From Takakia lepidozioides (taxonomy: Eukaryota > Plantae > Bryophyta), in contig CM060731.1 of assembly GCA_030704615.1 (NCBI GenBank), forward strand, positions 9,858,001 to 9,922,000: DNA of 64,000 nt, written 5' to 3'. Positions 25,082 to 36,651 of the stretch are shown here, piece by piece (positions within the stretch are counted from its first letter, which is position 1; each line of letters starts with the position of its first letter). A model generated the notes under the pieces. That model did no database searches and was not told where the DNA came from. It worked only from the letters and a program-made list of their open reading frames with translations. The position numbers and the translations under genes are program-made.

Positions 25082-28000
25082 TCAAGGTGTGTGGGGAAGT
25101 GGGGTTAAGATTCTAGATTGTGGTGGTGGGACATGTATGGGTGGAATAGGTCTAAAGGAAATGAGAGATGGTGGGATGGTTACTGACACGGGGTAATGGT
25201 CTGAGTTGCATAGACTATTAATGTGTACATGACTGCTGAGGTATGTGGGGATGTCGTTTTGTGTCTTGAGGTAGAAACCGTCAAGAAGGCTTAAGGATGA
25301 GTAGTTGAGTCCACATTGTCTGGAATAGTGGTGATCGGCGGGTATATAACGGAGACGGTGTAAGTGAGTAAAACTTGTCCATTCATGGTCAGCAGGGGAT
25401 GGAGTTTTACATATACCATTGTATGTGTGACCCATGAGGGCAATGTCCCTGTTGAAATCGCCTGCTAGAATGTAGTGCTGGGAGTGGGTGGAAGGCTGTG
25501 TTAATGTTTTAGAGATGGTGAGCAGGATAACAGGGATCAGGGGGAGATCTTTGCAGTGTGAGGGCATGTACAAGTGTATAAGGATAATAGGAGGGATGGC
25601 GGGAAAGTGTAGTTTGATGATTTGAAGATGTGATTGTAGGGGGAGAGCGACAGGGATTTTGACCGTGGTGCTAGGGGAGTGATGTGTGCGGGGATACCAA
25701 AAGCCACCCCTCCCCGAGTAGGGTGATATGGCGCGGAGCGTCTGTTTAGGCACTGTGCGACTATGAGTGAGCTGTCATATAGCAGGTAGTAGGCTGGGAG
25801 GAGTTTGTTGATATATGAGTTGTTGGGGTTGTGTGCGCTGAGTTTAGTTTCTTGTAATAGAATGATATGCGGGGGTGTAGAGTCCGTTAGATGGAGAAGG
25901 CTTTGGATGCTGGTGGCAAGTGATCCGACATTCCAGATGAGTATGTTGGGTGCGTGTGCTGGCTGGGAGGAGGAGGTGTGTGGGGGGCTGTTGGATCTAG
26001 GGAATGTTGGAGGTGGGTCATTGGTGGAGCTGGGCATGCAGGGTGGGATGGTGGATGGAGGTGTGGTGGGAGGGGGTTGATATCCAGGGATGCCTGTCGT
26101 GGCGTGGAGGGTTGTGGCGAGAATATTTTTGGAGAGGAATGGGAATTTGTTGGTCATAGTATCGAGCTCATGTATGGTTGTAGTTGTGTGCGCCAGGTGT
26201 TCACCGAGAATCCTATGAACTTCTCCGGGCTTAGTTTTTAGTAGGTCAAGATATTTGTGGAGGTTGTGTAGGTGGTGTGGGGGTGCTAGATATCTGTGAG
26301 GTAGTGGGGGTAGATCATGCAATTGTTGTAGTAGCGAATAGATGTGTGTGTTTGGTTGGGTTTGAAAGTAGTCGTTGCATATTGAGGGTATTGGAGAGAT
26401 GACGAGAATTAGTGAGAATAGAAGATGTTGTGTAGGGTATGTGCTAAGTTTATGGGTGGCACTGACTAGAAATGGGTGTTCGCAGGCAGGGAGCCCAAAG
26501 GTGGCAATTGGGTGTGTGAGTTTGCGGTTATTAGTGGAAGGGTTGGGGAGGAAGGGAGAGAAGTGGTCACTAAGATGTTGGTATGCAGGCACGAGAGAGA
26601 CAGTGTCTGTTTGGAAATATAGTGCATATTTGTCTTTAGGATCCTTTTAGAGCTTGTTGATGATGCTAGTTATGGTATTTGGGCTTGGGTTTGGGTGAAT
26701 GTCGCCGCAGCGGAGTAGTATGAGTGTTTCATAGGCAAGTTTATAAGATGTAAAGTGGGATGGTAGGTGGTGGGCGGAGTGTTTGGAGGTGAGAGGTTTC
26801 TGGTGATATCTCCTATGTGGGCAGTGGGTTATAAGTTGGGTTTTGATGGAATGGGGGGTGGGGAAGTGATTAGATAGATGTTGGTACGGGTGTGTGAGGG
26901 AGAGGGTGTTACTTTGGAAATAAAGTGCATATCTGTCTTGTGGGTCCATTGGCAATGGACAGATGATGTCATCAATAGAAGTAGGACCTGGGTTTGGGTG
27001 GATGTCACCACATCTTAGGAGTATGAGCTTGATACATGTGCATGTGTATGCGGTGTCGGGATAGGGGGGGGTGATGGTAATAATGTCTGGATTTTAGGGG
27101 GTTTTGACGTCGGGTGCCGTGTGGGTGAATAGCGAGTGCAAGGGGTTCAGAGTGGGTTCGGTAGGGTATTTTGGGATGGTGAGGGAAAAAGAGGTAGGGA
27201 TGGAATGTATGGATTGGAATGTGGGGGTTTGTAGAAGTGGAGCTAGTGGACAGGAAGTGTACGGGGCGGACTGTCACGACGCTATTAATTTGATGGGTCG
27301 ATATGGAGGAGGGTCGAATATTTAGGGAATAGTATATAGAGTGTAAAAAGTGGGGTTGCCTTAGATATGAGCATTGCTTTTGAAGACTATCGGGTGGAGG
27401 TCGGGCAAGCATCAAAGAGGTGGTGACAGAGAGGCACCGTGTGCAAGATTTTGCGAAGTGGGGTGACATAGTTCCAGGCTTGGCGGGGGTTGATGAAACT
27501 TTAGCAGTAATGTGAGAGGTGATGGTATGTGGGCTAAAGGGTTGAGGGGTGAAATATGTGTCGTGAGCACTTAGGGCAATATATTGAATGAGAGAGTGTG
27601 ATATTCCATTGTAAGGGATTTTGGGGTATGGGTGTCTGGGGAACGGATGTAGTGAAATTTTTTGGACATATGTGTACGGTATGAGAATTGTGCAATAAGG
27701 CAAGTAGGGGATGGATGATAAATGTCTGGGAGACGATGGCAAACAAAAGATGGATGGTATACGCTTGGGAGGCGATGCCAAACAGAAGATGGATGGTATA
27801 CGTCTGGGAGACAATGATAAATAGGATATGGATTGTATACGTCTGGAAGTTGAAGAATAACAAAATGGCGGTAATACATTTTGTGGTAATCAATGAAGAA
27901 GATCACGGAGTAGAAATCTTTGTGTAAAATGTGGTAGAAGTCATTTGATATGATCATGGAGTAAAAATCTTTGTGTAAAATCATGTGGGTAGAGTAACAT

Positions 28001-29330
28001 GTAGGTGAAGATGTTTGAAATAGAGAGAGCTGGAATGCCCGAATAGCTGGGGTAGAAGAGATTGAAAGTGCAGAGTTGTCCTCGCTTGAACGAGAGTCAT
28101 TGTTGGAGCTATGCTTCAGCTGACAAAGATTGAGAAGTCTTGTACCAGGGTAAGTGAATTGTGGTATCATGAGTGGCGACTGACAGAGGGCAACTTGCCC
28201 AAGGTGCTGGTCTTGAGTCACAGCTCTGCACCTGTAGGGTGTGTGTGGTAGATACTGTGGGGTAGTTGGATGCCCTTTGAGGTCGGGGAGCCAGCTGGGG
28301 CAGAACAACAGTAAGTTAGAGAATGATGGCAGTTCAATGTACACAGTAGTGGATCTTGTGAACATAAAGGGGGGAGGGGGTGTCCAGGGTAGGGAAGAGG
28401 GTTGAGTGTGCTCCCTGGAAGTAAAATGACAATGAAGCGGTTTGTGGCCGGGTGGGGGGCAGCATCTGCTGCCAACTCCAAAGCATTTGGGTGTTGTGGT
28501 TGGCAGCTACATCATGGAATCCAAGTCCATCTTCCAAGTGATGGCACCAGCTGAGAGCGGTCGGCCAGTCCATCTCGAAGTGCGTCTTCTGAGTTGTGGC
28601 CAGCAAAGCCTCCATGGGGGCAGCCCACTCTACGGCCTGGTTTTCCACTGTACTTGTGGTTGATTGCTTGGCAATGTCGTCAATGAGAGCACCTGCTGAC
28701 TTTGCCTTCCTTTCAAAATCAGCTTGCCTGTGCTGCAAACTTTCCAGCTTCTGTGCTAGTTCTGCCACCTAGGCAGCTTTTACTTCCTGTTGCTCAATCT
28801 GAGATTGGAATGTGACCAGCAGGCTGGTGATATTGCTGTAAGAACGGAGCCAAGGTAGCGGAGTGGCCAGTTGCTGCCGATGTGAATGACCATCTGAGTG
28901 GAAGTCGTGATGGAGTTTAAGACCTAGAACATAGAGTGTATCAGTACCTCCCTCCATGCAATCTTCGGGATGGGGGGCAGAGCTTCGCCACTTCAGGATG
29001 CGGAAACTCTAGGAGGTAGGGTGGGAATTGGGTCTCCATGGTGCGACGTCTGTACGGCTCCAAATGAGGGTAGCGCCAAGCTCGGTGTAAGTCCCCCGAA
29101 ACTTATATAGAGCCACTTGCATGGAACAAGATTCTTCGGGCTGGGGCTCAGCATCCAACCACTGTTGAGCAATAGTTTGCAGTGCCCCATCACAAAACTG
29201 AGGCCCATTCTGTGAACCTCCCGCATTCTTATTCAATTCCAGATCTATAAGTGAGGAAGAAATGACATCTTGGAGAGGTTGGCTGCGGGCTTCATGATGT
29301 GCCATGCCATACCAGAAACCCTTGACAATG
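25082..29330 (-). mobile_element. Non-LTR retrotransposon remnant: coiled-coil ORF1, two 2A-like repeats and an APE endonuclease; RT absent
   Basis: Endonuclease motifs ILIWNVGSL, ILLQETK, GGVAF, LYMP, ILAGDFN, LLDGFY, NSDHYPV. Upstream are LLRCGDIHPNPGP (~27020-26983) and LLRCGDIHPNPSP (~26718-26680). An ORF1-like coiled coil lies at 28334-28957. Confidence 0.8.
27710..27849. repeat. 39-bp minisatellite (~3.5 copies) within the LINE
   Basis: Unit ~gatggatggtatacgtctgggagacgatggcaaacaaaa. Confidence 0.85.
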
Positions 29331-30130
29331 CTTATGTGACGGGAAATGATCAGAGGACATAAACCAGCATAACTCTTCTTTGTGTGTGTTTTTTTTCCCT
29401 CAAACTTGCTGTTTATGTTGCTAGAGCGCGCAACAAGGGAGAAGAGACATGGGCCACTGGAAGCCAGCCAGCCACCTCATTAGCAGCAGGCTCCGCCACA
29501 TGAACATGTATGTCCATCTTTTTTGTTGTTTGTTTTTTGTTTGTTTTTGTCCCTGGACCTATGTAGCCACTTCCACATTAGACAATCCTCATGTCCAACA
29601 GGTATCATATGTTGATCTCAATCCCTCTCCTTTTATTTGATCCATCTTCATCTCTTTGTTTAGATCAGATTTACTTAGAATTTTTGTTCTCCATGGAATT
29701 GTTGGTCTGTAATTAATGTTCATGATTCCTAATATGTAGTTGCTTTGGATGTAGGGTCATATATGAAGTGCTGAACTTTGACGCCACAACTGAAAAGATC
29801 TAGGGTTCTGCCAGGGTCATATCAGTGAAGTGCTGAAGATTGACACCACAAGTGGGAGAACTTAGGGTACAGCTAGGTTACCTTATGAATTAGTATATGT
29901 TAGTAATGACCAGTATTTGGCATTTATGCCATTAAGTTGTAATTGTTGGATGATAGTTATTAACTGAATTTTACAGCCCTCTATTTTGGGGTCATTTAGC
30001 ACATGGAGTAATGTCTCAAAGTTTGGATGTCTCCATGTATGCATAAACAGCTGAATGTTTGTTAATTTCAATATAATGTATTGAATCTTTCAAGAATAAA
30101 ATAAACCTGTTTCATTTTCCCTCACGCTCA

Positions 30131-32809
30131 ATGAGTTTTCAGTTGTCATTAAACATGGCCCTGTCTTGGCACATAATATTACAGGATTTCATTTGCGGTT
30201 GTCTTATCATGGAGCCCAACATTTTCGATGAATTGGAAAGGAGTTGTGAAGTGGGTGAGATGAATCCAGACAATCGGGTAGCCATTGTAGAGAATCATGC
30301 GAAAGAAGTCATGCCAACGATGTCCTCTACTTCGGCTCCCCAAGTTTTCGGTTGAAATGTCTTCTTCTACAGATGGTGTGGAGGTGCATTTGGCAGTACT
30401 GGAGAAGCAAAGAGATTTTTGGAAGCCATTCAATAGGACTGCTGCTGCTTGGGCATTTTATTCATTGAATGGTTTTGCCCCTGTGGCACGATGAATTTGC
30501 AGCTACTAAGGTGTGTTCTTTGTTATCCCGTTGGTGCCACCCCGCAAGGGAAACTAAAAGGCATCATCACTTTTTAAAAAAGACCAATGGAATCTCTGCG
30601 CTCCGAAAACATGTGGAAGCAGAACATGACCGCTTGTTCACTATGTGGGTTAAAAATGACAGAGGTCAGAGGGTCGTGCACCTGCCAAGAAGAGGATTGG
30701 CCCCACGCCTGGGAACATAGTCTCCTTCTTTGGTAGTCAGGCTCCATAGAGAAAAGATGATGAGAAGCAAAAATAGATTGAGGAGGATATGGTTTTGTTT
30801 ATTGCAAAGGAGTGTGCCCCTTTATCTTCCGTTGAGTCTCCATGGCTACGAAGGTTGATTTGGAATCAAAATCCTCGTTGTGTGTTTCCCTCTCGGCGTC
30901 ATCTTGTGAATGAAGCCTTGCCATCAATAGTGGCAAAAACCAATGAGTGCTACATCTTGCCAAGTATTGAGAAATATGTGACATGCACATTGACTTTTGA
31001 TCTGTGGATGTCAAGAGGTGGAACAGATACATTTGTCTTTATAGCGCATTTTTTGAATGTCAAGTGGGAGCCATGTCATGTAACATTTGGATTGTTTGAA
31101 ACACCTGATACCTCTGGGGTTGCTATAGCACAACAAGTCAACAATCTCCTTCTCAAATATGGCCTGAACTCCCGTGTTATTGCCTATATTAAGGACGAGG
31201 GAGGCAACTTGGGTACTTTGACAAATGCTCTTACATCAGTGGTGTCTTGTGACTGTTTGGGGTTGGATACTCCCTTCATAGGCACATGTTTTGGGCACGC
31301 AATGTCTAAATGTTGCCAATATGCAACAAACGACAACAAAGTGTGTGTAGATATGTCACCTGTATCAATCAAAGAGGCTCAATCTCATCTACAGAAAACA
31401 ATTACATGGACCAAAAAGAGCAGCAAAGGGAAACAAAAATGGTCAAAAGTATGCATCGACAAGTTGCATACATCCAAGGAAACTGAAGACTCCGGTGAAG
31501 ACACGATTTGCTTCAAAGATCATACTCTTTCAAGAGACCTTGGAATTCAGGCGAGCCATCATAAGCTGTTACTCACGGCAAAATTCCATGTCACTTCAAT
31601 CTCGCATACCAAGTCCACAGGTTTGGGCAATAGTGCTAAGTGTTGGCTCCATTCTAGGACCTGTGGTTCATGAACGCGTTATGAACCAATCTGTCGGCTT
31701 TTGGTTATTGTCTGATGCTCTTGCTTTGTCTTATGCTTGACCCACGGTTCAAAAGGTTGTCGCTAGTTGCTCAGTATGTTGGGAAGAGACGAGCTATGGG
31801 CAATCACTTTTAGTATGACAACAAGTTCTTGTTCCCTCTTATTGTCAAATGTTTCAAACTCCTGAATCCTCAGGCATGCATGACCCAAGAAGACCATGCT
31901 TCCACGGTGAAGGACATGTAATTGTTTGCCGTGCAGACACCCAATGAAGAGATGACAATGTCGGTGGTGAAGGAGCAGATGATGCTTTTCAGGATGAGGG
32001 CAGTCAATGAGGTTGAGTGCAAGTCCTCTCTGACATGGTGGATAGAACACGAGTCTGAATTTCCGTGGGATATTTGGCACACCAAGTTTTGGGGATTGTT
32101 GGATTATAGATTGAAACTGAGAGGGTTGTTAGTATTGCAGATGTCATCACAAACTTGAGACGATGCAAGTTGGGCATTGAAAATCTTGATATGCTTGTGA
32201 GCATCTACGGAATTGGCCAAATGACCCTCGTGTTGGTTGTATGAGTTCTTCCATGAAAGAATATTTGGAAAAGAAGGAAATCCTCTAGGATGAGAATGAA
32301 GATTTGATTCTAGAGGCATGCCTTTTTGAGGAAGATTAAAATCTCTTTTTGTTGTAAACGTGGCTTATGGAATGTAGCGTGGTACCAAGTTTGGGTACCA
32401 TGCAAATGTTTGTTTGCACTATGTGTACATATGTGTTTTGCTTGTTAATGATTTAATGATATAGGGGGCATGTGGCATGACCAGAATCAGTCTTGTTTTT
32501 ATTTAATTTAACAAGTGTTTACTTTATAATAATATTTATTTGACCGATAGGGAATTATATTTTAAATTTCCAGAGAAAATTTGTATTTTTAATTAATTAA
32601 TTATATAACCAGACCCTTAACCGGAACCGGCAACTTTTTCCAGCAAACAACCGGAACCGGAACCGTCCTAATGTTCAAGAACTGGAATGGAACCGGAACT
32701 GCTATTTTTTCATCCCGAATAACCGAACCGGAACCGGAACCGCAATTTAAATCCTACACTAGAACCGGAACCGGAGGTTCTTGATAAAAGCAAGAACCGC
32801 CCAACACTG
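30131..32809 (+). mobile_element. Degenerate hAT DNA transposon with its 3' TIR and subterminal repeats
   Basis: BED-like NGISALRKHVEAEH; FIAKECAPLSSVESPWLRR; TLTFDLWMS; KDEGGN; CFGH; TPVKTRFAS; hATC-like LTWW and ER.FS...RRCKLGIENLD. ACCGGA subterminal repeats at 32620-32775 end in gaaccgcccaacactg (reverse complement CAGTGTTGGGCGGTTC). The 5' TIR was not found. Confidence 0.9.
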
Positions 32810-33216
32810 GTTTGGACCATCAAACCACTCCATTAGTTAGTATCTGAATGTCATACATTGTACTATTGTGCAAAAGCTATAAGTTTTGGTTCTTAGAGTT
32901 CAGTTCTTTAAGTTGGAGCTTGATTCTTTGCAAAGACTTTGTTTTGAGAATAATTGATGGCATTGGTATTGAAAAGTTTAATGTATCCTTTAGGATGTGA
33001 AATTTGTCTAATTAACCTTCCATCAAAATATTAACAGAATTTAAAAATAGAAGATCCAACTTTTCTTGCGCTGTATATTAATTGTAATCAAACTCAGAAC
33101 AAAATTCAGAACAGCGCGGCTGTATGAATGATCTTTTACAACTATATTGTGTAAAAACTGTACAAACTACAAATTCTAGCTACGATTGAAGGTCGGGAGC
33201 TACGTAGAGCAGGAAT

Positions 33217-33428
33217 AGGGTGCCTTAGTGCCTCGTCATCGTCGCCATGTCATCATAGCCACGTCATCGTCAACACGTCAAGTCGCCACGTTTCGTAGAC
33301 ACGTCATCGTCGTCAATTTCTTTGGAACTTGCCCGAAATTGTCTTTGCAGCGAGGAAGGGATGACGCGGGGATGACGCGGCGAAGGGATGGCTCCGAGGG
33401 GTTTCACGCAATGTGGTGAGGGCACCTT
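33217..33428. mobile_element. Putative MITE (~210 bp)
   Basis: The ends agggtgcctt... and ...agggcacctt are imperfectly inverted. CGTCATC repeats on the left face GATGACG repeats on the right. Confidence 0.5.
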
Positions 33429-33584
33429 CTTCTTCGACCTAATTCAGCCTGTTTTTGCCTCTCATCAGACTTGGCCCTGAGATTCCTGTTATCATAGTCG
33501 TCCCTATTCATGTTGAATTTTGCAAGTTAGCTCGTTGGTGGATCTATGGTGGTTTTGGAGTGATTTTGACATGTTACTGCCAAT

Positions 33585-35320
33585 GTGGCAACAGGAAAGA
33601 ATCGAAAAACAGATAAGAGAGACGAGGAGAAGCTTTGGAATGAATACGTTTCCGACCCCAGTCAATGGTGGAACAATCGAGGCAAAAAGGTGAATGCCTG
33701 TTGGAAGCAGACGCAAGTCAGCATAGGAACTAGTGTGATAAGTAGGGTTGGGGTGTTTGCTGGAACAATTCTAGGCTGTCATTCTCAGCTGCTAGCAACA
33801 AGGCGAGGATGTACGCATGATTTGTGCAGAGGCATGGAGCTGAAGGAGCAGGGATAGAGTGTGGGTCGAGATTCATCCAAGAGGGCCGGATTTCAAGCTC
33901 CAGATTACCTATGATACCCTGTGGAAGGATAGCTACAAGAAACCTGCATGGGTAGATGCTCAACTGGAAGCCGCAACAGCAGCGGCACAATTGATAAAAT
34001 CAGGCACTGCTATTGAAGGCACCTTCTTCAACACATTTCACCCTGTTTTTCCCTCTTATCAGAATCGGCCCTAAATTTCCATGTTGAATTCTGCAAGTTA
34101 GCTGGTTGACTGAATCTAGTTGGGAGTGACTTTCACATGATAAGCCACTGCGACAACATGAAAGTATCCAAAAACAGGTAACAGAGATCAGGAGAAGCTG
34201 TGGAATGAATACTCTTCTGACCCCAGTCAATGGTGGGACAACTGAGGCAAAAAGGTGAATGCCTACTAGAATACAGAGAGTAGCAGCCGCAATTCAGCAT
34301 AGGAACTAGTGTGATAAGCTTAGTTGGGTGTTTCTTAGAACAAATCTAGGCTGTCACTATCAGCTGCTAGCAGCAAGATGCATGATGTGTGCAAAGGCAT
34401 GGATAGCTGAAGGAGCAGGGATAGAGTGTGGGTCCAGATTCATCCAAGAGGGCCAGATTTCAAGCACAAGATTACCTATGATTCCCTGTGGATCAAATAG
34501 CTGCAAGAAACTTGCATGGGTAGATGGTCAACTAAAGGCAGCAGCTGTAGCTGATAAAATCAGGCACCTCAACGACGACCACAGCTTCTGAGAGAGGATT
34601 AAGAGAGGAGTCCACAATGCCTCTTCTGGCACTTCAACGACGACCACAGCTTCTGAGAGAGGATTAAGAGAGGAGTCCACAATGCCTCTTCTGGCACTTC
34701 TGCGCATGTGAAGATGCTTTAATGTGAGGCAGGCAGGCTGACAGAGGCTCTACAGACTTTAAACCAAGGAGGCATTTCAGCAGATTCAGATACCTATGTC
34801 TGTCTCTTGCTTAAGTGCATCAAATGAAAGGTCTGGAAGCTGGAAAGCAGGTGCACACTCACATTATCCAAAGTGGATTCACGCCAAATGTTTTTTACCA
34901 ACACCCTTGTCAACATGTATGTTAAGTGCGGGAGCATCATGGATGCTCACCAAGTATTCAACAGAATGCCTTAACGATCTTTGATCACGTGGAATATAAT
35001 GTGGGCAGGATTTACCAAGCATGGTTGTGGTAGGAATGCTTTGGAGACCTAATTCTGCGCAAAGAGGTGAAGCCCAATCACATCACATTTGTTTGTGTTT
35101 GCAACGCGTGTGCAAGCCTGGGAGCTCTGGAAAAGGGGAAAGAGGTCCATGGTGACATCGTCAAAGCTGGAATTGTACCAAATGTCATTGTGAACACTGC
35201 CCTGGTGAGCAAGGATGTATGCATGATTTGTACACAGGCAGGGATAGCTGAAGGACCAGGGATAGAGTGTGGGTCCAGATTCATCCAAGAGGGCCGGATT
35301 TCATACACAAGATTACTTCT
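33585..35320 (+). pseudogene. Chimeric pseudogene: repeated OSB-type PDF motif units plus PLS-class PPR repeats
   Basis: Spliced unit LWNEYVSDPSQWWNNRGKK|IHPRGPDFK..ITYDTLW..SYKKPAWVDAQL. Copy 1 has a donor at 33690 and its second exon from 33871. Copy 2 has a donor at 34255, its second exon from 34438, and a TGA. A partial copy 3 starts at 35279. The PPR segment ~34760-35210 reads LEAGKQVHSHIIQSGFTPNVF..TLVNMYVKCGSIMDAHQVFNRMP and KPNHITFVCVCNACASLGALEKGKEVHGDIVKAG. Confidence 0.8.
34570..34700. repeat. Perfect 65-bp tandem duplication
   Basis: caacgacgaccacagcttctgagagaggattaagagaggagtccacaatgcctcttctggcactt occurs twice. Confidence 0.95.
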
Positions 35321-35479
35321 GATTGTAATTTGTACACGAGCATTGCCAGAAACATGATAGTCTCACTGCTCATACTCACTGCTCATACTAAGTGTGAACA
35401 CATGAACACCACAAGTCTTGCAAAAGCACAAGTGAAGACTCTGATGTTCCCCATTTCTGATAATGCTTTCCGCCCACCA

Positions 35480-36400
35480 CCTCATCACCCTCATCAAAAT
35501 TGTTACCCGACTTACACTTGAAAGCTTCTTTCAGAGGCTTTATGCAACAAACTCAGTAAAAATCTTTTGTTAGTAGCGCATATTGAATGCCATCTCCTAG
35601 TACCTTCAACAGCATCACACAATATCCCTGTCAGCGTAAGTTACTGAACCATGCCAGAATACCCGGCTTTCTTACTCCTGTGTAGGATGACTCAGGCCTC
35701 TCAGACAGATGGATTCGGAGGAATCTACAACCTCTTGAGCATTTTGCTACTTCACACCATGGGCATCACGTTGCTCATGATGAATAAATCTCTTCACAAC
35801 TGCCCCAGCCCCATCATGTGGTCCCTTCGCATATCCCGCACTAACCATGTACTCCCAATGAAGTTTGCAACAGTGTTGCACGCACATATTCTGAATCATG
35901 CGAAAGATGGTCAGTACTCAGTCAATCTCAACGATGTCTCATCCTATGGCTCAGGATTGGGATTGTGACGGAATTGATAAGCACTAGAATACTAATTTGG
36001 AAAGAATGCCAGTGCATACATTGCACTTCATTCTGGACTTCGAAGCTGTAGTTCTCTGCAAAGTCAACCGCAGACACCACTGTCTCTTTCGGAAATGTTT
36101 TAGACAGGCTTTGAACTGCTTATCTTCCCCCTCTGGCCACAAAGTTGTGCTTCACAAACTGTTGAAGCTAACCTTCAAGTAATCTATCAGAACCTCTGAC
36201 CCTGTTTTGCTGTAGACCAATGTTAATTTCTTGAAAGGCTGACCTTTTTGGGATGTGGTTTGCTCAAGTGCAAAGTGTCTCCATTCAACTCGTTGGTCCA
36301 TACGTCTGGACCTGTGCATCCACAAGCCCCACCTCCCCAAGTAAAACCAAATTGTTAAACAGAACGAGCAGATTCCTTTGGGAGCCTGGCGTGCAGGCCG
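35480..36400 (-). mobile_element. Sola-like (probably Sola2) DDD transposase remnant
   Basis: Frameshift-corrected translation LQQFVKHNFVAR..DKQFKACL..FPKETVVSAVDFAENYSFEVQNEVQCMHWHSFQISILV, then DHLSHDSEY, then KGPHDGAGAVVKR. The central SDG block is deleted. Confidence 0.7.
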
Positions 36401-36651
36401 TCCAGCATTTTGCAACTTGCAATGCTGATTGCAATGTCAAATGCAACAGAGTAAATGGACAGTTAAGTACACCTGATGAAATAATGTGTAGTTGGAAGTT
36501 GGAGGACATTAAGTAGCAGTAATTATTACTTTCCGATTGTCTACGATTGCTGCAAGTAGTACAAATGCGAGCTTTAAAAACCATGCAATTCATGTTAAGT
36601 AGATGAGCTAAAGTCGAAACGCTGCTAAGTCTTATGTTGGGTTTTCTTTTT

